Origin: Nitrospirota bacterium | Lineage (GTDB): Bacteria > Nitrospirota > UBA9217 | Assembly (NCBI GenBank): GCA_963749655.1 | Contig: CAVVOB010000015.1 | Location: 1-64,000, forward strand | Length of the DNA stretch: 64,000 nt | Reading direction: 5' to 3' | In this document: positions 53,029-61,982 of the stretch, piece by piece | Numbering within the stretch: the first letter of the stretch is position 1 | How the letters are laid out: each line of letters begins with the position of its first letter | Translations under genes and position numbers: made by a program | Notes under the pieces: generated by a model | What the model was told of the DNA's origin: nothing | Databases searched by the model: none | Seen by the model: the letters and a program-made list of their open reading frames with translations, nothing else

Positions 53029-53694
53029 TTACCGGCTGCGGAGCGATTCCGCGGCCTTGCCTGCCTCTCCGGCACGGACATCGTCTCCACTCTTCCGGTA
53101 CGCCTCGGCAAGGTGGGCATAGGCTTCGGCAAGGAACCCGGCCTGATCAGCGGGGATGAGGTTGATGGCTTCGCGCAGCGCTGCTATCGACTCATCCAGC
53201 CGGTTCAGTTTCAGCAGGACCATGCCTTTTGTATCGAGGTAATATCCCCGGTGTTCCGGCGTCGCGGCCAGGGCCTTCTGTATCAGGCCCTCGGCCCGGT
53301 CGATGCGGCGGTCTTGTTTCAGATAGACCCAGCACAGGTTGTTGTAAATGTCGCCGTTCTCAGGCTGCAGTAAAGCGGCCTTTTTGTAGGCGCCTTCGGC
53401 AGTTTCATAATTTCCCATTTGAAAAGAAAGATCAGCTAGAAGAATAAGGGATGAAACGGACTTTGGGTCACTTTTGACCGCGGCTTCGTACTGCTGCGCC
53501 GCGAGGTCGGCCTTTCCCTGGGCTTCGTAGATCTTGCCGAGCTTGACATGCTCCTCGGCGCTCAGCGGATCATTCAGAATGACGATCCTTGGAAGCGAAC
53601 AGGCGCCTGTAAAAGCCGCCAGAAAGGCGATGAAGCATGCGTAAAACGCACCTCTTATGAATAGTCTGTCAGTATTCACGGCTGGTTCCGTCAC
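53029..53694 (-). CDS. TPR-repeat lipoprotein
   Basis: Lipobox TGAC, LNDPLSAEEH, TPR motifs (YNNLCW, YLDTKG). Confidence 0.85.
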   Translation of the reverse strand: MTEPAVNTDRLFIRGAFYACFIAFLAAFTGACSLPRIVILNDPLSAEEHVKLGKIYEAQGKADLAAQQYEAAVKSDPKSVSSLILLADLSFQMGNYETAEGAYKKAALLQPENGDIYNNLCWVYLKQDRRIDRAEGLIQKALAATPEHRGYYLDTKGMVLLKLNRLDESIAALREAINLIPADQAGFLAEAYAHLAEAYRKSGDDVRAGEAGKAAESLRSR

Positions 53695-54241
53695 CTTTCG
53701 GACGAATTATGAGCATCCATTGCCCCGCTCGCTTCCATGCCTTGGCAAAAGCGTCGTAGGCCATGACGCTGTTCGCCTGCAGGCCGTCATGCTCGATGAG
53801 AACGGCGTTCCTGTCATCAAATCCCACAGCGATAACGTAATGGGGCCTGCGGTAGAGTCCGAAGCCGAGATCAAGGAGGCAGATGACCGGCAGGTTCCTG
53901 CGGAGGGCGGTCTTCAGATCATCAAGAGTGCCTGCCGAGGATGCAGTCTCGAATCCCGCATTTCGCGCATAATTCTCCATGTCCATGGGCAAGGTGCCGC
54001 GGAGCTTCGGAACGTAGACCGCGGCGGTAATATCGTCCAGGGCAGCCGGTCTGCCCCAGAAAGCAAGGACGCCGGCAAGAGCAGCCGGTCCGCAGGTGTC
54101 CTCGCTCTGTCTGTAGAACGGGACCCCCTCTACGTAATGGCCCCGGGCCTCGATGCCTTTCCGAAGTTCGGAAAAGTCCCTCTGTGCGCAGGCTGCGAGG
54201 AACGCTGTGAACAGCAGAATGGCTAAATAAGGGAGTTTCAT
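53669..54241 (-). CDS. C39-like cysteine peptidase lipoprotein (PA2778-like)
   Basis: Lipobox LAAC, VPFYRQ..CGPAAL, HYVIAVGFD, HDG. Confidence 0.85.
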   Translation of the reverse strand: MKLPYLAILLFTAFLAACAQRDFSELRKGIEARGHYVEGVPFYRQSEDTCGPAALAGVLAFWGRPAALDDITAAVYVPKLRGTLPMDMENYARNAGFETASSAGTLDDLKTALRRNLPVICLLDLGFGLYRRPHYVIAVGFDDRNAVLIEHDGLQANSVMAYDAFAKAWKRAGQWMLIIRPKGDGTSREY

Positions 54242-54285
54242 GGCTTGGTGCAAAAAGCTTAGAGAGCGGCCTGTTCAGGATAAAC

Positions 54286-54321
54286 AAAAAGGCCGAAAAC
54301 ATGTTGTGCATGTTAACGGCC
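54286..54321 (-). terminator. terminator-like hairpin between the PA2779-like genes and the C39 peptidase
   Basis: GGCCG-TT-AACATG-cacaa-CATGTT-TT-CGGCC followed by TTTTT. Confidence 0.55.
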
Positions 54322-54341
54322 CTGTAAAGAGAGTTGTCGCA

Positions 54342-54765
54342 TCACCTGATCACAATCCGGCCCTCTACCAGATAGATGATCAGCACCACGAGCAGCGCAA
54401 TAACGACAATGCTTGCGAGAAATCCGACCGCGTCGCCTCCGGCCTGGAGCGAATCAGTGTGTGTCGCAAGCTGGTGGACCTGGTCGTCGGAAAGCTCTGC
54501 TTACACGGGTCATGGCCTCTTCGGGAGAGAGCCCGTAATCCATGAGCCTCTGGCCCACGACTTTGGACTCGAGCGCCGTACGGATCTTGATCAGATCAGC
54601 CGCCCTCGCGGAGACATCGGGTAAAATCCCTGCATTATTTCCCGGTGGGGCAACGGGAAGGAACATCGCCTCAGCCGGACCCGTAAAGGTTGAAATGGAA
54701 AGCAGCGCAATAACCAGGTAAATGGTCAGCGGTTTTGCATAGACGGAATCAAGTATTTTTCTCAT
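54342..54765 (-). CDS. PA2779-family secreted protein, frameshift near 54495
   Basis: Signal peptide; LESKVVGQRLMDYGLSPEEA..R; other frame gives VHQLATHTDSLQAGGD + TM + GRIVIR*. Confidence 0.78.
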
Positions 54766-54794
54766 GGATGTCACTCCGCTTCAGGAACCTTCCG

Positions 54795-55184
54795 TCACTT
54801 ATCGGACAATAACGCGATGTCCCGTGGCTTGCGAGTATCACGTATGACCAGAAGGACGACAAGGAGAAGGAAGATCAGCCCGTCCACGCCGTCGGCCCCG
54901 GCCTGCAGGGAGTCCAGGTTCGAGGCGAATTGATGAACCTGCTGATCGGAAAGCGTGTTCATCCGCGCCATTACCTCTTCCGAAGATAGTCCGTAATCCG
55001 CGAGCCGCTGTTTGATCATCGTTGATTCCAGCGTTCTCTGGATGTTCGACATTTCGGCTTCCCTTACCGGAGCGGTCCCTGTCGAAGGCAGGAACATGGC
55101 CCAGCCCTGGGCCGGAAGAGTCATGAAGAACGTTGCAGTTACCAGATAGACTGCAATACTCTTGAAAATCTTCGAGTTGTGCAT
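54795..55184 (-). CDS. PA2779-family secreted protein
   Basis: Signal peptide; LESTMIKQRLADYGLSSEE..RMNTLSDQQVHQFA..LDSLQAGAD + TM. Confidence 0.8.
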   Translation of the reverse strand: MHNSKIFKSIAVYLVTATFFMTLPAQGWAMFLPSTGTAPVREAEMSNIQRTLESTMIKQRLADYGLSSEEVMARMNTLSDQQVHQFASNLDSLQAGADGVDGLIFLLLVVLLVIRDTRKPRDIALLSDK

Positions 55185-55281
55185 GACCGTGGCCTCCTCA
55201 AAGAGGTTGGAGCTCCAAGGAATTCCAAGCTGTCCCGACCTGATGATCCGGAACGGTCCGGATAGCGTTCCGATAATCCAA

Positions 55282-55929
55282 TTATATCGCTTTCACCTGA
55301 TGATTTTTCCCGCTGCGTAAATATCCGACCACGCTGTCGGCGAACGACGGAATGTCCTTGTAGGCTTCCGACAGCGATTTGATTTTAGCCACCGTCGTTG
55401 CGCGCTGCTCGGGATTTATTTCGAGAAGTTTCAGAAGAGAAGCGAGATACTCGCCGTCTCCAGCAGCCAGTTCCTTAAACAGGTTGCTGTAGCTCAGGAT
55501 GACAAATTCCTTGATCTTCGTTTTTCCCTCCGTAATGCTGTCCACCGGCGCACTTTCGGGAGGAAGCGTGATGAAATATCTGTTCGGCGCATATTCGTGC
55601 ACTGCACCGGAAAGTCCGTCCGTGGTCGATCCGAAAAGACCGCCGATGAGTATGTTCCCGAAGAACCAGGGGTTGACCGACGTGGCCATTGGCATGGTCA
55701 GCGTTTTATACCCGTCCTTCGAAAACGACAGTGACTGGCTGCTCTTTCTCTCGATAGTGGTGGTCAACGGCGTTTTACCGAGTATCTTTTCGTTCAGCAT
55801 TACCGTTGCACCTTCGGGCACGGTCTGGAACGACACCTCCTGAGAGCCGCCTTTTATGATGGTGGCACACCCGCTCGACATGACGATACAACACAAAACT
55901 GCAAAAACCGATACAATCCTGTTCTTCAT
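55282..55929 (-). CDS. PEGA-domain lipoprotein with C-terminal DUF3015-like helical domain
   Basis: Lipobox SSGC, TVPEGATV..GKTPL..KDGY; C-terminus aligns with the 59046-59516 protein. Confidence 0.75.
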   Translation of the reverse strand: MKNRIVSVFAVLCCIVMSSGCATIIKGGSQEVSFQTVPEGATVMLNEKILGKTPLTTTIERKSSQSLSFSKDGYKTLTMPMATSVNPWFFGNILIGGLFGSTTDGLSGAVHEYAPNRYFITLPPESAPVDSITEGKTKIKEFVILSYSNLFKELAAGDGEYLASLLKLLEINPEQRATTVAKIKSLSEAYKDIPSFADSVVGYLRSGKNHQVKAI

Positions 55930-55994
55930 AAAGCCCCCCTTTATGTCAGTGATCGGCAAACCGCTGCAGACAGGTATGAACGAATCTTCGGACA

Positions 55995-56105
55995 AGTATA
56001 TAAAATTCAGCAAATGTGTCAAGCATAATCACCTGAAGGAGAACGTTTTTCAAAAGACAAATATCGTGCAGACACTTGACAACCATCAACCTCACAGATT
56101 ATCAT
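55995..56105. promoter_or_regulatory. divergent sigma70-type promoters
   Basis: Minus: TTGACA-16-TATACT (56022-55995); plus: TTGACA-18-TATCAT (56076-56105). Confidence 0.45.
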
Positions 56106-56128
56106 GATGAAAATCCGATTTTCGAGGT

Positions 56129-57004
56129 ATGCAGATGATTTCGATCCGTCGAATGTCCGCCGCAGCCGCCTTTTTTCTGTTTGTCTTTTTTATCGCAGTC
56201 TCCCCTGCCCGTGCCGACTTCAAAAAGGCCAAGATCGCTGTGCTCGATTTCCAGATGCAGGGCGACCAAAAGACGGCCCAGGACATGGGAAAGATCGTTG
56301 CCGAGTGGCTCATCACCGGACTGGTCGAGACGGGGCGGTTCGATGTGATCGAGCGACGGCTTCTCGAAAAGGTCTTCGCCGAACAGAAGCTCGGGGCCAC
56401 AGGGGCCATTGACCCGGGCAGCGCAGCCCAGCTCGGCAAGATCCTCGGTGTAAAGATCATCGTCGCAGGCACCGTCACCAGCCTCGAGGGTATGAACGAG
56501 ATCAACGCGCGGTTGATCAATGTGGACACTGCTTCCATCGTTGCCGCCGAAAAGGTCAGATCCGGCAGCGCCGAACGGCTCAGCGACCTCGTCGTAAAGA
56601 TCACCGCGAAGATCGTCGCGGCCTTCCCCCTGGAAGGATATATCGTTCAGCGTGAGGGCGATAAGGTGATAATCGATCTGGGAAAGAACCTTGGGGTAAA
56701 GCCGGGAATGAAGTTCGCTTCCTTCAAGGAAGGCAAGGTCATCAAGCACCCCAAGACAGGAGAAGTGCTCGACGTGGAGACGATAGAGACGGGATTGATC
56801 GAGATCAGGGAAGTGCGCGAAAAAACCGCAACAGGCCGGATCATCCGCGAAGCCGCTCCGGACAGCATCCTTTACGGCAGCATGGTGCGGAGCTCGACAA
56901 AGGACGGCAGCGAGACCGAGGAGCAGGAATCCGTTCAACAGGAATCGGGCGAACGTCGCGGCGTCATACCGATCCCGGGCTTCTTCAGGAAAAAGTCGGA
57001 GTAG
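56129..57004 (+). CDS. CsgG/FlgO-like domain + FlgT-C-like domain secreted protein
   Basis: KIAVLDF, GRFDVIER, EQKL, AAQLGKILG, ARLINVDT; IKHPKTGEVL. Confidence 0.78.
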   Translation: MQMISIRRMSAAAAFFLFVFFIAVSPARADFKKAKIAVLDFQMQGDQKTAQDMGKIVAEWLITGLVETGRFDVIERRLLEKVFAEQKLGATGAIDPGSAAQLGKILGVKIIVAGTVTSLEGMNEINARLINVDTASIVAAEKVRSGSAERLSDLVVKITAKIVAAFPLEGYIVQREGDKVIIDLGKNLGVKPGMKFASFKEGKVIKHPKTGEVLDVETIETGLIEIREVREKTATGRIIREAAPDSILYGSMVRSSTKDGSETEEQESVQQESGERRGVIPIPGFFRKKSE

Positions 57005-57026
57005 GCGTTTTTGCGGCCGGCATGAT

Positions 57027-57054
57027 GTAGGGGCAATTCATGAATTGCCCCTAC
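57027..57054. repeat. GTAG-type REP-like perfect palindrome between convergent genes
   Basis: GTAGGGGCAATTCATGAATTGCCCCTAC, 28-bp perfect inverted repeat. Confidence 0.8.
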
Positions 57055-57087
57055 TGAAAAAACATGCATTTCGGTTGTTAAAACGTT

Positions 57088-59046
57088 TTAATAGTACCAG
57101 TTTCCACGAAGCACAATGTCCGTTTTATAGATATCGAAGGACTGTTCCCTCGTCGCATCGAGGGAAAGGGTGGTGTTCGTCGTTATACGCAGGTTCTGCT
57201 GCAGGGCAGCGGTGAGCTTCTGGTGCCGGTCCCCGATGTCGTAGAAGAGTCCCTGCGCCCAGAGGTTCACTTTCCAGTCCCTGGTCATATTCATCATGAG
57301 TCCGGCCGTTCCGCCGAGGCCGAGAGCATACCCCTTCTTCAGGCGGTCGCTCGCGTTCGAGTCTGCCTCTGCAAGCAGGTAGGCCATGCCGTTTCCCAGC
57401 TTCCCTGACAGTCCGCCCCCAGCATTCAATTTCAGCGCCGGATGGTCCTTGCCGTCCCGCATCATCATGTCCTCTGCGCCCGCATTGACTTTCCACGATA
57501 TAGGCCTGAATATGCCGTTCCACGGAGAAAGCGAAAGTATGTCGATGACGTGCAGCCGGTGCAGATGCCAGGTCTCGTCATCGAAATAATAACGCAGGGA
57601 CACATCCATGAAATTGATCTGGGCGCCCCGCACGTATCCCTCGTCAAAATCCGTGATTTCGTGATAAGCCGCCCGCCATTCGGCCTCGCCGAACCACGTT
57701 CCCGTACGGTACCCCCCGCCGGTCCTGATACGGCCGGAAAGATGTCCCTGGTCCGGAGGCGTGGGCGTCACGATTACAGGGGAATTCGCGACAGGCATCC
57801 CGAGCGTGCTGCGCGAAGCGAGAATATCGAGGAACTGTTTCTTATAACGGTCCTCGTCCAGTTTCCTGCTGGAAAAACGGTACTGGATGAGCTCTGCGGA
57901 CAGGTCCAGGACTTCCTGTTTCTGCTTGACCGTGAGGTCCGTATTCAGCACGCTCTGTGGCGTTTGCCTGCCGTCAATTACGGAATAAGTCATGTCCCGA
58001 AGCCCGCTGTCCATGTCCGAGGCTATGTTGATGATCTTCGTTGCAGACGACGGCCGGAAGGTCACGCGCTCCACGATGCCGAACTTTTGCGCTGCGCGGA
58101 CGGTGTCCACGGGGATGACCCAGAACCTCGACTTGCCGTAGAATTCGTCAGTCAGCCGCAGGGACGGTCTGCCTGCTTCGATCAGGAAGAGGAGATTGAA
58201 CGAGCAGTTCTGGTCGAAAAAATAATAGTTCGCGTAAAAATCCTTCATCTCCCAGATGTGCAGAAACACCCGGTATGCCTCGTCGGCTGTCAAATTGAGA
58301 TGGTATTCCCAGATGTCGCGGTGCTCGATGTCGCTGTACTCCTGCACCTTCTGGTAATAAGGCAGGTTGGAGTAGCGGCCGTGGTAGAACCCGAAGATCC
58401 CCTTGAAAACATAAAAGAGGCCGATGTTGTCGCCGGTAATCGCCGCGTAGTTGACGGCATGGGACAGCAGGTCGCTCTCGTAGGCGGTATTGATCCTGAG
58501 AAGCGTATGGCCGAACATGGACGACGGCAGATTCAAGAGTGTGTTGGGGAAAACGAGAACAACTGATCGCGGATTTACCTCGGAGAGGGCCTTCTTGAAC
58601 TTAGAACAGTCCGCGGGCGGCATGCGTTGCTCGTCGATGCCGAGCTGCTCCTTAAGCCAGGTGTAGCGGCCGATGAATTTGCACTGCGGGTGCTCCTCGT
58701 CGCTCTTCACCTCGGTCTGGAAAAAGCTCGCGAGCGTCGCATCAAGCTCCGCCTCGGGATTGCGTTTGCCGTCCGGGGCGTTGAAGAAGCGCGGATCGTC
58801 CACAAGGCTCTTGGTCCCCGAGCCTGCGGGCTTGTAATGGAGCAGCACCTCCCACACCCGGGTCCTCGCCAGTCCTTTATCCCGGGCCTGCTGCTGCAGA
58901 TCGGCAAGATAGCTTTCCGCGGCCGATCCGGTCTTTGCCGCAAGCAGCGCCAGAATACAGAGGCAAAACAAAAGGCATGCGGAGCGAAATGCTCCGCATG
59001 CCCTGGTGTAACGCTGATTGCGGCACGTCAGAATACGACGCACCAT
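57088..59046 (-). CDS. DUF4105 (Lnb N-terminal-like, papain-fold) protein with C-terminal beta-barrel
   Basis: SMFGHTLLRI, RDIWEYHL, YYFFDQNCS; beta-rich C-terminus ending WYY. Confidence 0.82.
   Translation of the reverse strand: MVRRILTCRNQRYTRACGAFRSACLLFCLCILALLAAKTGSAAESYLADLQQQARDKGLARTRVWEVLLHYKPAGSGTKSLVDDPRFFNAPDGKRNPEAELDATLASFFQTEVKSDEEHPQCKFIGRYTWLKEQLGIDEQRMPPADCSKFKKALSEVNPRSVVLVFPNTLLNLPSSMFGHTLLRINTAYESDLLSHAVNYAAITGDNIGLFYVFKGIFGFYHGRYSNLPYYQKVQEYSDIEHRDIWEYHLNLTADEAYRVFLHIWEMKDFYANYYFFDQNCSFNLLFLIEAGRPSLRLTDEFYGKSRFWVIPVDTVRAAQKFGIVERVTFRPSSATKIINIASDMDSGLRDMTYSVIDGRQTPQSVLNTDLTVKQKQEVLDLSAELIQYRFSSRKLDEDRYKKQFLDILASRSTLGMPVANSPVIVTPTPPDQGHLSGRIRTGGGYRTGTWFGEAEWRAAYHEITDFDEGYVRGAQINFMDVSLRYYFDDETWHLHRLHVIDILSLSPWNGIFRPISWKVNAGAEDMMMRDGKDHPALKLNAGGGLSGKLGNGMAYLLAEADSNASDRLKKGYALGLGGTAGLMMNMTRDWKVNLWAQGLFYDIGDRHQKLTAALQQNLRITTNTTLSLDATREQSFDIYKTDIVLRGNWYY
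58965..59002 (-). terminator. intrinsic terminator after DUF3015, inside the 5' end of the DUF4105 ORF
   Basis: 12-bp stem GGCATGCGGAGC/GCTCCGCATGCC, 5-nt loop, then TTTTGTTTT. Confidence 0.7.
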
Positions 59047-59516
59047 TATTTCGCGGAAACGGCCGCGACGTTGTCCATCACGCTCGCCATCTGTACGTTG
59101 GGGGTCGAGAAGATCTTGGCAAAGCCGGACTGCATGCGCTGATAGAATGCCGTACGCTGGTCGGTGGGAACGCCGAGGAGTTCTGCGAAGGCCTCAAGCG
59201 TCTCACCGCGGCCCTGGGCGATGTCACGGGCCAGGTTGTCCATGTTGGCAAGCACGAATTCGTTCATGCGCTCGTTGCTCACGAAATTAGCAGGCTGTTT
59301 GCAATCCGACGTTCCCGTCGTAATACCGAAGGTCTGGTTGCCGTAAATGCCGTTGGTTGTTGCCTGGAAGGTCTGGAGGATGACTGAGTTGTCTGCATTG
59401 TTCTTGAACAGCATGGTACCGAGACCGCAACCGGTGTTCTGCGCTGCCGTGCCGGCAAATGCCGTAGCCGCCAGCATCAACGATAGTGCCACTGCGATAA
59501 CGACTGCTTTCTTCAT
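59046..59516 (-). CDS. DUF3015-family secreted protein
   Basis: AAGGAGG RBS; GCGLG..ATTNG..NQTFGITTGTSDC..NMDNLARDIAQGRGETL. Confidence 0.88.
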   Translation of the reverse strand: MKKAVVIAVALSLMLAATAFAGTAAQNTGCGLGTMLFKNNADNSVILQTFQATTNGIYGNQTFGITTGTSDCKQPANFVSNERMNEFVLANMDNLARDIAQGRGETLEAFAELLGVPTDQRTAFYQRMQSGFAKIFSTPNVQMASVMDNVAAVSAK

Positions 59517-59755
59517 GGTGCCCTCCTTGGGATGATGGAATGTTGAAACCAATGTTGCGTAAGGTATAATTAATCATACTTTTAACAGAAAGTCAACCCG
59601 AATATGGCCGGTTCAGAATTTTTTGTCTCTTCAGAATAAAATTCGTGACTATACATGTCGAGAATTCTTTACCGCCAGGTCGCGAAGGACGCGAGGAAAA
59701 CGGAAACTCTGCGAAAAAAGCTGTGCCTTCCCGACGATCTTTGCGCCCTCGCGGT

Positions 59756-60649
59756 TCAATTCTTTCCTGTCCCTGTCTGTCCTGGCCAGAGATTTATGAT
59801 TCTGCTGTTCAGGTAATCGACAAACCTTTTCCGGACATCTTCCTCAGCAAAGGACATGACATGCCCCGGCGTCGAGGTCTCCCGGAACTCCTTGGGTTCA
59901 GCCGCTGCATCGTAGAGCATTTTGCCGTGATGATTCGGGACAATCGGGTCCTTTTCCCCGTAGAGGATAAGGACCGGAACGGGCGAAACCTTGTTTATCC
60001 ACCGGACAGGACTGTACGAATCACCAACGAGAAAGGACAAAGGATACTGGAACAACCAGGTAAGCCAGAAGCCGGATAACTTCTCCCGGGCAATGAGCCG
60101 GTAGCTTGCGAAGGGACTGTCGAGGACGAGCGCCGCGATACGGCGCTTGTCAGGCGCGTTCGCCACGGTGTAAACGGAGATAGCGCCACCTATGCTCTGG
60201 CCGAGGACAACAACGGGCAAAGACTGTGTCCCGGGCAGGTTCAACGCCGTTGCGAGCGCGGCAGCGCCGTCACGGTGGACGCCCGCAATACCGGGGCTGC
60301 CTTCGGACAGCCCGTATCCCCGGTAATCGAAGATGAAAACATTGAATCCTTCCCGAACCAGCCACAACACGCTGTTCACGTGGGTGCTGAGGTTCTGCGC
60401 ATTGCCGTGGAACACAAGAATGGTGGCCCTGGGTTCGCCGAGGGCCTGAAAGAACCAGCCGTGCAGGGTGACGTTGTCGGAGGTCTTGAACGAAACGTCC
60501 TGGGGACGGAACAACTGCGCAACGGGATTACTATAAAGCTCCTTCTGCGGATAGAAAAAGAGCGAGCCGCACCCTGCCGGGAAAAGCAAAAGCAGCGACA
60601 GGAAAAAAGCGGCAAACAAACGCCTCTTATTATGCATGCTGACGGTCAT
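59756..60649 (-). CDS. alpha/beta hydrolase lipoprotein
   Basis: Lipobox PAGC, LHGWF, FHGNAQN, DYRGYGLS, GQSIGG, GEKD, GH. Confidence 0.88.
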   Translation of the reverse strand: MTVSMHNKRRLFAAFFLSLLLLFPAGCGSLFFYPQKELYSNPVAQLFRPQDVSFKTSDNVTLHGWFFQALGEPRATILVFHGNAQNLSTHVNSVLWLVREGFNVFIFDYRGYGLSEGSPGIAGVHRDGAAALATALNLPGTQSLPVVVLGQSIGGAISVYTVANAPDKRRIAALVLDSPFASYRLIAREKLSGFWLTWLFQYPLSFLVGDSYSPVRWINKVSPVPVLILYGEKDPIVPNHHGKMLYDAAAEPKEFRETSTPGHVMSFAEEDVRKRFVDYLNSRIINLWPGQTGTGKN

Positions 60650-60730
60650 ATCGTCCTTTTGAGTTCACGATGACAAGCGAGGATTTTCGATGAGACATCG
60701 ACTCATTCCGCGGGATAGTATAGCACGGTG

Positions 60731-61821
60731 TTAAACTTTTCTCAAAAGAAACGCATGGGCGGACAAACCTGCGCCATAGGCGAGCATGATGCACCAGTCG
60801 CCGGAGGCAATGCCCTGTTCCTGCAGTTCTCCCAGGGCGAACCAGACCGTAGGCGAGGACATGTTCCCGTATTCGGCAAGGACCTTGCGCGAGGCCCGGA
60901 CTTTCTCCTCGGGAATACCGATCTCGTCGCGGACCGCGTTGATGATCTTCTCACCTCCCGTATGAACCGCCCAGTGGCGCACATCCGTCGCAGTCAGCCC
61001 CTGGCTCGAAAGGACGTCATCCGTCACCTCGGCTGCGGCCTTCCCTACAAGGCCGGGCAGTTTGAGCGACAGCTGGTTGTGCAGCTGGCCGTTCTTGTGA
61101 ACGAACCGGATCGTTTCCCGCTCTTCCGGTACATACCGTGCTGCTGATGCGACCAGCCTGAAGCCTGACGGTTTGTCCAGGAGAACGCGGCCGCTGCGCC
61201 GTCTCCGAACAAGGCGTTCGAAAGAATGAGGCTGAGATCGTTATCCATCTGGAAAGTGGTCGTGCAGATCTCAACCGACACGCTGACAACGGCGCCGCCT
61301 TTTGTCCTGACAAGCGATTCAGCAACCTGAAGGTTGGGGATGGCGCCGCCGCAGCCGCTCCCGACCATGTCGTAGACCGGAGTATTTCGTTTCAGTCCGA
61401 GACGCTCGATGAGGTAGGTTGAGATGCCGGGGCAGATGTATCCTGTGCAGGTGTTCACTACCAGCCCGGATACGTCCTGAGCGCCCAGGGACGCCCGGCT
61501 CAGCGCTTCCGTGATCGCCCGGGCAGCCAGATCGATCGATTTATCCGTGAACCGGGCGATGCGCTGGTCAGGCGATTCATCGACGATGCATGCCGGGTCA
61601 TCAAAGGCAAAATGCCGTTTTCTGATGCTGGGATGGGAAAAAACCGCATGGACCAGCCCCATACTCCGGGAGTTCAGCTTCTTTCCGAAATTCTGCTTCA
61701 TAAAATTCTCGGCAAAGGCCTGATCAGCGCTGTAGGGCGGCACGACGGTCGAAAAGGACGCAATGTACGCCGAGCCGGTACCGTTATTACGGATTGGATT
61801 TCCCTGTTCTACAGCACCCAT
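60731..61821 (-). CDS. type III polyketide synthase (chalcone/stilbene synthase family), frameshifted
   Basis: Triad GSGCGG (Cys), VHTGG (His), YGNMSS (Asn); SVEIC; LFGDGAAA. Confidence 0.88.
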
Positions 61822-61982
61822 GGTTCTGGCTCCTCGAATAAGAGTTATGAAACTTGCAACGGCAACTCCATCTTTCTCTCTTTATGAAAATCTACCGGGC
61901 ATATCTTTTTCTGCGCCCTCTGCGTCCTCTGCGGTTAAATACTTTTCTTGAGTCTGTTTCCGTCTTTTCACGAACGTTCTTC

